From Syntrophales bacterium (GTDB taxonomy: Bacteria; Desulfobacterota; Syntrophia; Syntrophales; PHBD01): a stretch of DNA of 64,000 bases. Under the pieces are notes generated by a model, which was not told the DNA's origin, made no database searches, and saw only the letters and a list, made by a program, of their open reading frames with translations. Every line of letters begins with the position of its first letter. Within the stretch, counting starts at the first letter, position 1. Location: the NCBI GenBank assembly GCA_963668175.1, contig OY764159.1:2272001-2336000 (forward strand), given 5' to 3'. The translations under genes and the position numbers were made by a program. Positions 9,827 to 18,332 of the stretch are shown in pieces.

Positions 9827-10113
9827 GGGTTCTCCTTTCCGTGAGATGTTTTTGGCAGGCCCGAATGGCCGCCGGTGCGGCCTGTCGTCGATCCTGTTCG
9901 TCCGCCCGGAACGGCATAGTGCCCGCTACGGGACCGGACCGGTTTTTTTATTATAAATCATAGCACGGAATCGACGGCGAATTGAACCTGGGTTTTGAAG
10001 AAAGTCTGAAATATCGGAAAAGGTGATGAAATGGGAGGTGTTTCGTACACCCATGAGTCAGGAATATGAGAGTCAAATGAAATGTTGAGGATTATGACTT
10101 GAAATCAAATGCT

Positions 10114-10191
10114 CTGCAACGCTGAGTAGCAGGTACGAGGCTGTCATCCGGTGGGGTATGCTACTGACTGTTTGAACGCCTTGTTCGGCGA
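10114..10191 (-). repeat. attC-like imperfect palindrome (degenerate)
   Basis: Minus strand just after the stop codon: TCGCCGAAC-AAGGCGTTCAAAC...AGTAGCA...TGCTACT-CAGC-GTTGCAG; complementary TTCGGCGA lies just upstream of the ORF start (10678-10685). Confidence 0.4.
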
Positions 10192-10192
10192 T

Positions 10193-10669
10193 TCACATTC
10201 TGTTATTCATTGGCGGTACTTCCAAATGCTCTGACGCATAACTTACAAGAAGATATTTTTCTAAGGGTATTTCTAAATACAAATTGTTTCGCTTATCCTC
10301 AAACTGCATATAAAATTTCTTGTCCCAGGTCCTACACTCCCCAAGAAATTTCATCATTGCTTCACCCGATAACCTGTGGTTGAGAATCTTGGTATAATAA
10401 CATTTCACGTTTTGTATGCCGAGCCTTTGAAATACATGTGTCATCCGAATGTTCGTCTGCTGACTGTTTCTAGACGTATTATTGGTATCTGTCTCTTGGT
10501 TATACCTCGTGGCAATTGGCTGTTCTGTTTTGCCAAAGTACAGAATATTACTCATTCCTGATAGACGCGGAATTGTCCGATTAAGTACAAATATGTAGGT
10601 CACGTTTTTATCGTACTGATTATTGAATTGAATCCAGTCGTACGCATCTTCTATCGTTTCGTAGTTCAT
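10193..10669 (-). CDS. AT-rich hypothetical protein, possible GIY-YIG-like nuclease
   Basis: VTYIF...ILYFGKT...ATRY and C-terminal E...PPMN pattern; visibly AT-richer than flanks. Confidence 0.6.
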   Translation of the reverse strand: MNYETIEDAYDWIQFNNQYDKNVTYIFVLNRTIPRLSGMSNILYFGKTEQPIATRYNQETDTNNTSRNSQQTNIRMTHVFQRLGIQNVKCYYTKILNHRLSGEAMMKFLGECRTWDKKFYMQFEDKRNNLYLEIPLEKYLLVSYASEHLEVPPMNNRM

Positions 10670-10925
10670 CTGTATTTTCGCCGAAAACAGGGTATCTCCT
10701 TGATCTATTAGGTGATATTCCGGTTCTCTGGGTCCCCCATATCAGTTGATTAACTAATAGCAATTCATCCCATATTTCCGCTGATTATGATTTAAAAGCT
10801 ATATCTTACATATATGTATGTCAAATGCTGGGTACAAGCATAAAAGAAGCAACGTTCCGTTCGCGGCAGTGGTCGTTCGGCTATTTGTGACCGTTCGCCC
10901 CGAATTCTTATATATGCGGTCCGCT

Positions 10926-11159
10926 CTATTCTCCTGCAAGCGACGCGGCGACGATCTGGAGCCATTCCGCAAACGACCCGGCGGGCCGGTTGTTGTCCAC
11001 CCTGAGGAAACCCGGATCGTAAGGACGCGGCGCACCGCCGAACCAGTTGACCCATCCCCGGCCGGGAATCCAGGCCAGGGGAACGTTCCATTCCTTGATT
11101 ACGAATAACGTTCCTTCCGGGAAATCCGACGCCTTGGGTAACATGGGGTTATCTTTCAT
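10926..11159 (-). CDS. 77-aa hypothetical protein, copy A
   Basis: 66 of 77 residues identical to the ORF at 12251-12484. Confidence 0.75.
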   Translation of the reverse strand: MKDNPMLPKASDFPEGTLFVIKEWNVPLAWIPGRGWVNWFGGAPRPYDPGFLRVDNNRPAGSFAEWLQIVAASLAGE

Positions 11160-11457
11160 TGCGCCCCGATCATGATGATACGTAAGGAACTTCCTTTGTA
11201 TGGTTCGTTTCTAACGCTGCACGGCAATCGGCTGCCGCGACTTATCGCTTTGAGATGGCGGGAGGACGGAAGCAGATGTGACTTCCTAACGAGTTCATAT
11301 ACATCTAAGACATGCTGAAGACCTTTTCGCGGAATCGCCGTCATAATCATGCCCTCCGTTTCGGGATCATACCGTTGCGGCGTGTGTCGGGATCGGCCCA
11401 TGACGAACTTATCGGCAATCGCTTTACGAAAGACGGAATGAAAAAATTCATGCGATA

Positions 11458-11790
11458 TTATTTCAGGCCCGTCAGTCTTCGCAGCAGGATGTCCTCGACA
11501 TTCTGCCGAGAGTCGAGGACGGCCAGGACATAGACCTTGTCTTCGGAAACCCGGTATATGAGCCGCCACGGCGCAACGATCAGTTCCCGGTACAGCGTAA
11601 TGCCCTGGTCCAGAAGTTCGGGGACCGTGCGCCCCCTGTCGGGAAAGGACGTAAGCCGGGAAGCCCGCTTTCTGATTTCGTCGAAGACCGCATACGCCTG
11701 CCGGGGATTTTCCCCGGCGATATAGGCGACGATGGACAAAAGATCGTTTTCCGCCGTTTCCGTCCACTGCACGTCGAAGGTCTTCTTCAT
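11458..11790 (-). CDS. RelE/ParE family type II toxin
   Basis: VQWTETAENDL..I..YIA.ENP, FPDRGRTVPEL, YRELIVAPWRLIYRV; 4-bp overlap with the antitoxin. Confidence 0.9.
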   Translation of the reverse strand: MKKTFDVQWTETAENDLLSIVAYIAGENPRQAYAVFDEIRKRASRLTSFPDRGRTVPELLDQGITLYRELIVAPWRLIYRVSEDKVYVLAVLDSRQNVEDILLRRLTGLK

Positions 11791-12068
11791 GGAAGCCTTT
11801 CTTTCAGGATTCTTTCGACGGCGGCGAATGCCTTCGCCTGGGACCTGGTTCTTCCTTTCCTGACATCTTCTTCGCCCTGGGAGAGCAGCTTGAGGATGCC
11901 GATGGCGTTCCTCATGTTTTCGTAGCTTTGCGGGTCCTGCAGCACCGCCCTCGGTTCCCCGTTCTGGGTAATGATCACCGGCCGATGCGTTGCGTTTATC
12001 TGTTTCAACAGATCGGGTGCTTTCGCTTTCAGATAGGTAATGGGTTTGATGTCCTTCGATATATTCAT
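11787..12068 (-). CDS. Phd/YefM family antitoxin
   Basis: DIKPITYLKAKA...PVIITQNGEPRAVL; upstream TTGACA...TACGAT promoter and GAAGGAG SD. Confidence 0.9.
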   Translation of the reverse strand: MNISKDIKPITYLKAKAPDLLKQINATHRPVIITQNGEPRAVLQDPQSYENMRNAIGILKLLSQGEEDVRKGRTRSQAKAFAAVERILKERLP

Positions 12069-12250
12069 GCTCGTCTCCTTCAGTCTTTATATCGTATCAA
12101 AAAAAGACCGAATGTCAATGTCGTTTATGGACGGCGACGAATCTTTGCATGAAAAGCCGCTCCGGAATGTTCAAAGGTTTTATTGCGAGACGGCAAGCCG
12201 GAATTCGCTGCGGCCGGCCGCAACGCTGCATGCCGTTTGCCGCTCTTTCG

Positions 12251-12484
12251 CTACCCGTCCTCAAGGGATGCTTCAACGATTTGGAGCCATTCCGCAAACG
12301 ACCCGGCGGGGCGGTTGTTGTCCACCTTGAGGAAACCCGGGTCGTACGGCCGCGGCGCGCCGCCGAACCAGTTGACCCATCCCCGGCCGGGAATCCAGGC
12401 CAGGGGGACATCCCATTCCTTGATCACGAAGGACGTCCCTGCCGGGAAATCGGTCGCCTTGGGGAGCTTCGGATTGTCGTTCAT
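12251..12484 (-). CDS. 77-aa hypothetical protein, copy B
   Basis: Paralog of 10926-11159; ATGA overlap with the upstream hydrolase gene. Confidence 0.75.
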   Translation of the reverse strand: MNDNPKLPKATDFPAGTSFVIKEWDVPLAWIPGRGWVNWFGGAPRPYDPGFLKVDNNRPAGSFAEWLQIVEASLEDG

Positions 12485-13833
12485 TGCGGCTTCCTCTCCA
12501 CGGTTTTCTGCGGGCCTGCGCCTTCCCCTCGTCCGTCCCGGCCGCTGCCCTTAAGCTCCCTGTCCATGATCTCGCTGAATTTGCGGAAGACCGCCCGGTC
12601 GGAGAGGATCGACTCGTGCGTGCAGTCGAACGCAAAGGCCCCCCTGGCGTTGCTCACGGCGCGCTGGTCCGTGGCGCCGTTTCCCGCCACCCGGTCGTGC
12701 CGGCCATAGAAGAGGTAGTGATTCACCCGTTGCGACAGGCGGGCGTTCAGCGTCCGGCTGATGAAGGGGCTCTGCGTGCCGACATCGTACCAGCAGGGAA
12801 TCTTCTTCTGCGGTATCGCCGTCGCCACGTCGGCCATGGGGAAACCCGTCCAGGGCGTGGCGAACGTGGCGTAGAGCCTGACGTAGCCGTCCGGCTCGTC
12901 CAGGTCGTAGCGGGTCAGAAGCGACCGGGCGATCAGCCCGCCCACGCTGTGCGCGGCGATGCCCATCTTCCGGAAACCGTATTTTTTGTGAAGCTCCGAG
13001 AGGTCTTCGTACAGGAGGCTTGTCGCCAGCGTGAGCCGCATGCCGGACGGGTAGTAGTAGAACCAGGGCTGGTAGCGCCTGCGGTCCAGGCGGATCAGGA
13101 AATAGACCCAGTCCTGGGGCGTACCGCGGGCCCCGTGGACGAAAAGCACCGGGATCTTGCCGGGGTCGTAGGGCTCCAGCATGTAGATGCGCGCCCCGAA
13201 GGCCTTCATGAAGCCGGAGGGGCTCCACCAGCCGGCGGCGGCGTTCTCTCGGGAGAACCGCTCGTCGTAGATCTTCACGATCTCGCCGTTTTCGCCCCGC
13301 TGACGGACCGTCTCGCCGTTGTTGCGCAAATCGAGCATGCCCGGCGTTTTGATCGTGCCGGCCCGTGCCCGGTTCGTCGATATTTCGACGTCTTTCGCCA
13401 CGACGCCTTCCCGGAGGACGATCTCGCGGGGCGAGTCCGGCGAATCCCCGTAAGCGCCGCAGATTTCGCTTTCGTCGAATGCGCCGTCGCCGTTGAAGTC
13501 GCATGCCGCGTACAGGCGGTACCGGCCCGCGGGCAGGTAGAGCATGAACGAACCGGTGCCGTCGAGGACCGCATAATCGGCGACCGCGCCGCCGGACGCC
13601 GACATCGCGTAGGCCACGACCGCCGCCGGATAGCGCCCGGAATCGCCGCTTTTGAGCGTGCCCATGACGACGGCGGAATTGTACTCAAACCTCGCGTCTT
13701 CGCCCGTGCCCGTGCGTTCGTCTTTAAGGTTGGCGTTGTCCCGCGTTTCGATGCCGAGGTAGCTGCAACCGCTTAAGGCGAGGAGGATTGCAAGCACCGG
13801 GACCAGGGACGATTTCATGCGCTTCATGCCCAT
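12481..13833 (-). CDS. lipoprotein alpha/beta hydrolase (lipase/esterase-like)
   Basis: Lipobox LALSG|C; PVLFVHG, AHSVGG nucleophile elbow, ATPW. Confidence 0.8.
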   Translation of the reverse strand: MGMKRMKSSLVPVLAILLALSGCSYLGIETRDNANLKDERTGTGEDARFEYNSAVVMGTLKSGDSGRYPAAVVAYAMSASGGAVADYAVLDGTGSFMLYLPAGRYRLYAACDFNGDGAFDESEICGAYGDSPDSPREIVLREGVVAKDVEISTNRARAGTIKTPGMLDLRNNGETVRQRGENGEIVKIYDERFSRENAAAGWWSPSGFMKAFGARIYMLEPYDPGKIPVLFVHGARGTPQDWVYFLIRLDRRRYQPWFYYYPSGMRLTLATSLLYEDLSELHKKYGFRKMGIAAHSVGGLIARSLLTRYDLDEPDGYVRLYATFATPWTGFPMADVATAIPQKKIPCWYDVGTQSPFISRTLNARLSQRVNHYLFYGRHDRVAGNGATDQRAVSNARGAFAFDCTHESILSDRAVFRKFSEIMDRELKGSGRDGRGEGAGPQKTVERKPQ

Positions 13834-13849
13834 CGACTCTACGCTCCCC

Positions 13850-14839
13850 TCAGGGTTTGCCGGCAAGCAGCCGGGCGATTTCCGAATGGCCGTTTTTCCT
13901 GGCGAGGTCCAGGGCCGTCTCTCCCTTGGCATTCTTCAGGGACGGGTTCGCCCCCCTGACGATCAGGTGGAGGACCGCCGAGTAAAGGCCGTTTTCCGCC
14001 GCCGCCATGAGCGCCGTCATGCCCGCGGCATCCCGGGTGTTGAGGCACTTCTTCGCCGACAGGAGCGGGACGAGATCGCCCTGCTTCCGGTAGACGGCCC
14101 GCAGGAGCGGCGTCCGTCCCTCCGGGTCGCGGGCGTCGGGGTCCGCCCCCGCGGAGATCAGCGCCTTGACGACGTCGGCGCTTCTGGCTTCGGCGGCCAG
14201 GTGCAGGGGCGTGTTGCCGGAATAGTCCCTGACGTTGACGTTTGCGCCGCTCTTGATGAATGACGGCACCAGGTCGTCGAAGCGGTAGACGATGGCCAGG
14301 TGGACGATCGTCTGCCCTTCGGCGTTCTGGAGATTGACGCCCCGACCGTCCCTGAGCAACAGATCGATCCCGTCCCAGTAGCTCCGGTAGAGGGCCCACA
14401 TCAGGGGCGTATAGCCTTCCGTGTCCCGGACGGCCGGATCGGCCCCGCTTTCCAGGAGAAAGGCGACCATCCCGGTGTTGCCCTGCCTGACCGCGATGAG
14501 AAGGGGCGTGGAGCCGAATTCGTCCCGGACGTTCAGGGCGGCCTTCTTCGAGAGGAGGTATTCCATGAGCCCCACGTTTCCGCCCTGGGCCGCGTACATG
14601 CAGGCGTTCCAGCCGTAGCGGTCGCGGACGTTCACGTCGGCGAGGCCTTCTTCGAGAAGGCGCATGACCGCGACGGTGTTGCCGTCCCGGGCCGCATCGA
14701 GAAGGAGGCTGCCGGCGTCGGCGGCCGTCGGGGGCGCGTCGCCTTCCGCCACGTGGATGCGGGGAGGGGCGCAGGCCAATATCGGCAGCATGGCCGCGAT
14801 GACGAGATATCTAAACATGCATCGCAACGGCGATTTCAT
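13850..14839 (-). CDS. ankyrin repeat lipoprotein
   Basis: Multiple G.TPLH/L.A ankyrin repeats; ILA|C lipobox; ATGA overlap with the cupin stop. Confidence 0.85.
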   Translation of the reverse strand: MKSPLRCMFRYLVIAAMLPILACAPPRIHVAEGDAPPTAADAGSLLLDAARDGNTVAVMRLLEEGLADVNVRDRYGWNACMYAAQGGNVGLMEYLLSKKAALNVRDEFGSTPLLIAVRQGNTGMVAFLLESGADPAVRDTEGYTPLMWALYRSYWDGIDLLLRDGRGVNLQNAEGQTIVHLAIVYRFDDLVPSFIKSGANVNVRDYSGNTPLHLAAEARSADVVKALISAGADPDARDPEGRTPLLRAVYRKQGDLVPLLSAKKCLNTRDAAGMTALMAAAENGLYSAVLHLIVRGANPSLKNAKGETALDLARKNGHSEIARLLAGKP

Positions 14840-15183
14840 ACTTTTATAGAACTCACGATTCCGTAGAAGACGGCGAGCCAGACCGTGTCGCCGTCGGGGT
14901 CCGTCCATTCGACGCGGTGCCTGACGCCCGCCGGGATGTTCAGGTAGTCGCCGGCCGCAAGGACGATCGTTTCTCCTGTGTCCGCGAGCGTGATGCCCGC
15001 GCTTCCGGTGAGGACCAGGACGAATTCGTTCTCCTTCTGGTCGTACCGGAAGCCGGGAGGCGACGCATGGCCCCTTGAGACGATCCGCTCGATCCGGACG
15101 CTGCCCGCCGCGCAGAGCGTCTCGATCAACTCTTCCGGCAGTTCGGCCGGTATGCCTTCGTACATCGATCCCCTGTCTGCCAT
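14836..15183 (-). CDS. cupin domain protein
   Basis: RIERIVSRGHASP..F.YDQ..NEFV, GDYLNIPAGVRHRVEWT. Confidence 0.85.
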   Translation of the reverse strand: MADRGSMYEGIPAELPEELIETLCAAGSVRIERIVSRGHASPPGFRYDQKENEFVLVLTGSAGITLADTGETIVLAAGDYLNIPAGVRHRVEWTDPDGDTVWLAVFYGIVSSIKV

Positions 15184-15413
15184 GCCTCTTCCTTAACCGA
15201 TAACCGTTGTTCCGTCCACGGGCTTGTGCATCTGAGGCCGCGCGTTTACGGTCCTTTACGATTATTAACAGAAGTATCGTGGAAATGAAACAGGTAAACG
15301 GGGCATGATGGGGAAAGGACGGCGGCCGCCGATAGGCCGGGCGGACGCTCTAAATCGGCTGCACCGGTTTCTAATGAATCGCCGCGATTCGGCGAAGGAG
15401 GGACGAGGATAAA

Positions 15414-17246
15414 ATGGATGAACGGACAGCACGGGGACACGCGAATGACGACCGTGTCGAAGGCATCGTCGAGGCCCTGATCACGGCGGCCCACAACGAG
15501 GAGGAACTGGAGCAGGCGAGGAAGATGTGCGCCGAACTCGCGCCGGACGATCCATCCGACCCCCATTTCTGCATCATGCGGGGGACCGTCGATTTTATCC
15601 TGGGACGGAGGGACGAGGCGGAAACCTGGCTGGAGAAGGCCGCGATGCTCGCGCCGCGGTCGCCTGCGATCTTCTACATCTATGCCGTCATGCTCCTGGC
15701 CCGGAAGAAGTTCACCGTCGCCCTGCTGCTCCTGATGCGGGTCGTGGCCCTGAAGCCCGATCATCCCCGCGCCTATGCCCATATCGGCAGCGCGCTCAGG
15801 GAAACGGGCCAGCTGCAGAGCGCCCTCATCGCCTTCGACGTGGCGCTAGAGATGAACCCCGGGGACGTCGGCGCCCTGAACGGCAAGGGCAACGTCCTGA
15901 AGCAGATGGACTGCCTGGCCGAGGCGGAATCCTGCTTCCGGGAGGCCCTGGCCGTCAAGCCGGGCCATACTGCGGTCATGAACAACCTCGCCGTCGTCCG
16001 CTCGCGTCAAAACGACTTCGACGGCGCCGAGGCGCTTTACGAGGAGGCCCTGGCGAAGCATCCGGCCTTCCCCGAGGCCCTGAGCAACCTGAGCGCCGTC
16101 CGGCGCTTCAAGGGCGATACCGACGGCGCGATTCTCTGCTGCCGCAAGGCCCTGGAACTGCGGCCCGATTTCCCGAGCGCCCTCAACAACCTCGGCAACG
16201 CCCTGAAAGACGCCGGACGCCTTGAAGAGGCCGTCGCAGCCTACCGGGACGCCCTGCGGATCGCGCCCGGCGACGCCAACGTCCGCAACAACCTGGCGAT
16301 GGCCCTGCTGGCCCTGGGGGAGTTTGGGGAGGGATGGCGGGAATACCGCTGGCGCTGGAAGTCGGACCATCTCAAGGCGTCCTTCCGGAATCTCTCCGAG
16401 CCCGAATGGCAGGGCGAGACGGGGGAGGGCGGGACGATCCTGATCCACGCCGAGCAGGGCTTCGGCGACACGATCCAGTTCTGCCGCTATGCTCCCCTGG
16501 TGAAGGAGCGAGGCTTCAAGGTCGTCATGCTGGTGCCGCAGCCGTTGAAACGTCTCGTCGCCTCATTGGACGGCGTCGATCTTGTCGCGTCCGGCCCCGG
16601 CGAAATCCCTTCTTTCGACGTTCAATGTCCGACGATGAACCTGCCCCTGGCGTTCGGGACGACCGTCGCCACGATACCGCCGAAAATACCGTATTTGAGC
16701 CCGGACGCGGCCGATGCGGCCCGCTGGCGCGAGCGCCTGAACGGCGTTGAGAATGGCAAACTGAAGGTCGGCCTGGCCTGGGCGGGAAGGTCGCGGGCCC
16801 AGTCGCCCGACCTGATCGCGACGGACCGGAAGCGTTCCATTGCCCCGGAGATGCTGGCGCCGCTCTTCGCCGTGCCGGGCGTGCAGTGCTTCTCCCTCCA
16901 GAAGGAGGGGCCGAACGCCCCGGAAACGTTTCCGCTTACGGACTGGATGGCGGACTGCCGCGACTTTGCCGACACGGCGGCGCTGATCGCGAATCTCGAT
17001 CTGGTGATCGCCGTCGATACGGCCGTCGTCCATCTGGCGGGGGCGCTGGGAAAGCCCGTGTGGCTCCTGAACCGGTTCAACAGCTGCTGGCGCTGGTTGA
17101 CAGATCTCGACGACAGCCCGTGGTATCCGGGTGTGCTCCGCATCTTCCGCCAACAAACCATGGGGGACTGGGAAGAGGTCATTGAACGCGTCCACGACGC
17201 CCTGGCGGGAGCTGCCGGGAACGGCGTGCATTCCGCCGCCTCGTAA
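15414..17246 (+). CDS. TPR-repeat protein with C-terminal GT9-like glycosyltransferase domain
   Basis: TPR array followed by HAEQGFGDTIQFCRY, KVGLAWAG, DFADTAALIANLDLVIAVDTAVVHLAGALG. Confidence 0.85.
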   Translation: MDERTARGHANDDRVEGIVEALITAAHNEEELEQARKMCAELAPDDPSDPHFCIMRGTVDFILGRRDEAETWLEKAAMLAPRSPAIFYIYAVMLLARKKFTVALLLLMRVVALKPDHPRAYAHIGSALRETGQLQSALIAFDVALEMNPGDVGALNGKGNVLKQMDCLAEAESCFREALAVKPGHTAVMNNLAVVRSRQNDFDGAEALYEEALAKHPAFPEALSNLSAVRRFKGDTDGAILCCRKALELRPDFPSALNNLGNALKDAGRLEEAVAAYRDALRIAPGDANVRNNLAMALLALGEFGEGWREYRWRWKSDHLKASFRNLSEPEWQGETGEGGTILIHAEQGFGDTIQFCRYAPLVKERGFKVVMLVPQPLKRLVASLDGVDLVASGPGEIPSFDVQCPTMNLPLAFGTTVATIPPKIPYLSPDAADAARWRERLNGVENGKLKVGLAWAGRSRAQSPDLIATDRKRSIAPEMLAPLFAVPGVQCFSLQKEGPNAPETFPLTDWMADCRDFADTAALIANLDLVIAVDTAVVHLAGALGKPVWLLNRFNSCWRWLTDLDDSPWYPGVLRIFRQQTMGDWEEVIERVHDALAGAAGNGVHSAAS

Positions 17247-17255
17247 TACCGGCTG

Positions 17256-17780
17256 CTACTTCACGGCCGGCGCCTCGGCGCGGAGGCGCTGCCGCCTGCG
17301 CACCCAGCGCAGGAACCGGACCCACGGCCCCCAGTGGGACCGCTTCACCTTCGCCCCCCGGAACCGGCTCTCCACCTGGTCGAAGGCGTCTTCGATGAGC
17401 GCGTTGTGCAGCGGCTTGACCAGGATCGTCCACCGGAGCCACATGCCGAAATCGCAGTCGCCTTCCAGGTCGTGGCGGATGACGACGTGGCCGCGCCGGG
17501 GCACGATCTCGAAAAAGTGGCGTCCGTCCACGCCGTCCATCATGCCCTCGGGATCGAAACGGAAAGAAGCCCGCCGCCCCGGAACGTACTCGCAAACGCG
17601 GTAGCGGACAAGGCTGTGACCTCCGGCCGCCCCCACCGAGAGCGGCCGGTCCAACTGCATCGGCGGCCAGGACGCCCGGGGCCACAGGGCGTCGTCGGGT
17701 CCGGAAAGGCTGTCGAGCACTGCGCCCGCAGCTTCCTGCGTTGCCGGAATGATCCTGTCGTGTCTGTTGAAAATTTTCAT
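17256..17780 (-). CDS. SRPBCC/START-like protein
   Basis: 174-aa ORF with GGAGG SD; D.LWP...WP, GGH..VRY.V.EY.PG and PLHNALIED motifs. Confidence 0.65.
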   Translation of the reverse strand: MKIFNRHDRIIPATQEAAGAVLDSLSGPDDALWPRASWPPMQLDRPLSVGAAGGHSLVRYRVCEYVPGRRASFRFDPEGMMDGVDGRHFFEIVPRRGHVVIRHDLEGDCDFGMWLRWTILVKPLHNALIEDAFDQVESRFRGAKVKRSHWGPWVRFLRWVRRRQRLRAEAPAVK

Positions 17781-17942
17781 GTCGTCCTCCCCAAGATGGT
17801 GTTGCGGCTCTATGCGATACGGCCGCCGATGGCCCGTGGCTGCTTAGCCCTGCGAAGACAGTGCATCGTGACGGCCGCCGTCGTTTCGACTATGCTTCGT
17901 AAATCCATGAACGAAAGATGAAAACCCCGCTGTGTTGGGATT

Positions 17943-17971
17943 ATAATAGAATGTACATTCTATTATGTCAA
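17943..17971 (-). promoter_or_regulatory. sigma70 promoter overlapped by a perfect 24-bp palindromic operator
   Basis: ATAATAGAATGT|ACATTCTATTAT at 17943-17966; minus strand TTGACA-N17-TATTAT. Confidence 0.75.
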
Positions 17972-18332
17972 GGAATATTTCGAGGTCGCATCCCGCATAG
18001 AGGCGGGGCAGGGTACAGACCCGCTTTCCGGCGCATGATCGGCTTCACGGAATTTAACACTTGTTAACTTAAAGTCCCGAGTCGGACGGTATAAACGATT
18101 TCCTGGAAAAGGAGGCAAAACCGCGGCCTGCCGCCTGCCGGGAAAACGCCCTGAAGACGGGCGATGCCGGCATTTGCGGGCGCCGCCTTGAGGCAGGTTG
18201 CCGGCGTCGCTTATGAGGTTTCAAGCGTCGGGCCGGTCATGCGGACCCCCGACGTAAACGCGGGGTCTGCCGTCGGGGCGGGAATAGGAACCCGCTTGCC
18301 CGGCAGCCGAGCTGTTCACGAATTACCAGCGT

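Noticed and set aside
11156..11350. 64-codon ORF (MIMTAIPRKG...) with a GGAGG SD, coupled to 77-aa copy A
   Set aside because: No recognisable motif and no independent support; it may be a remnant, so it is not listed as a feature.
10926..12484. Direct repeats considered as a composite transposon or IS
   Set aside because: The repeats are small protein-coding genes with no transposase or terminal inverted repeats.
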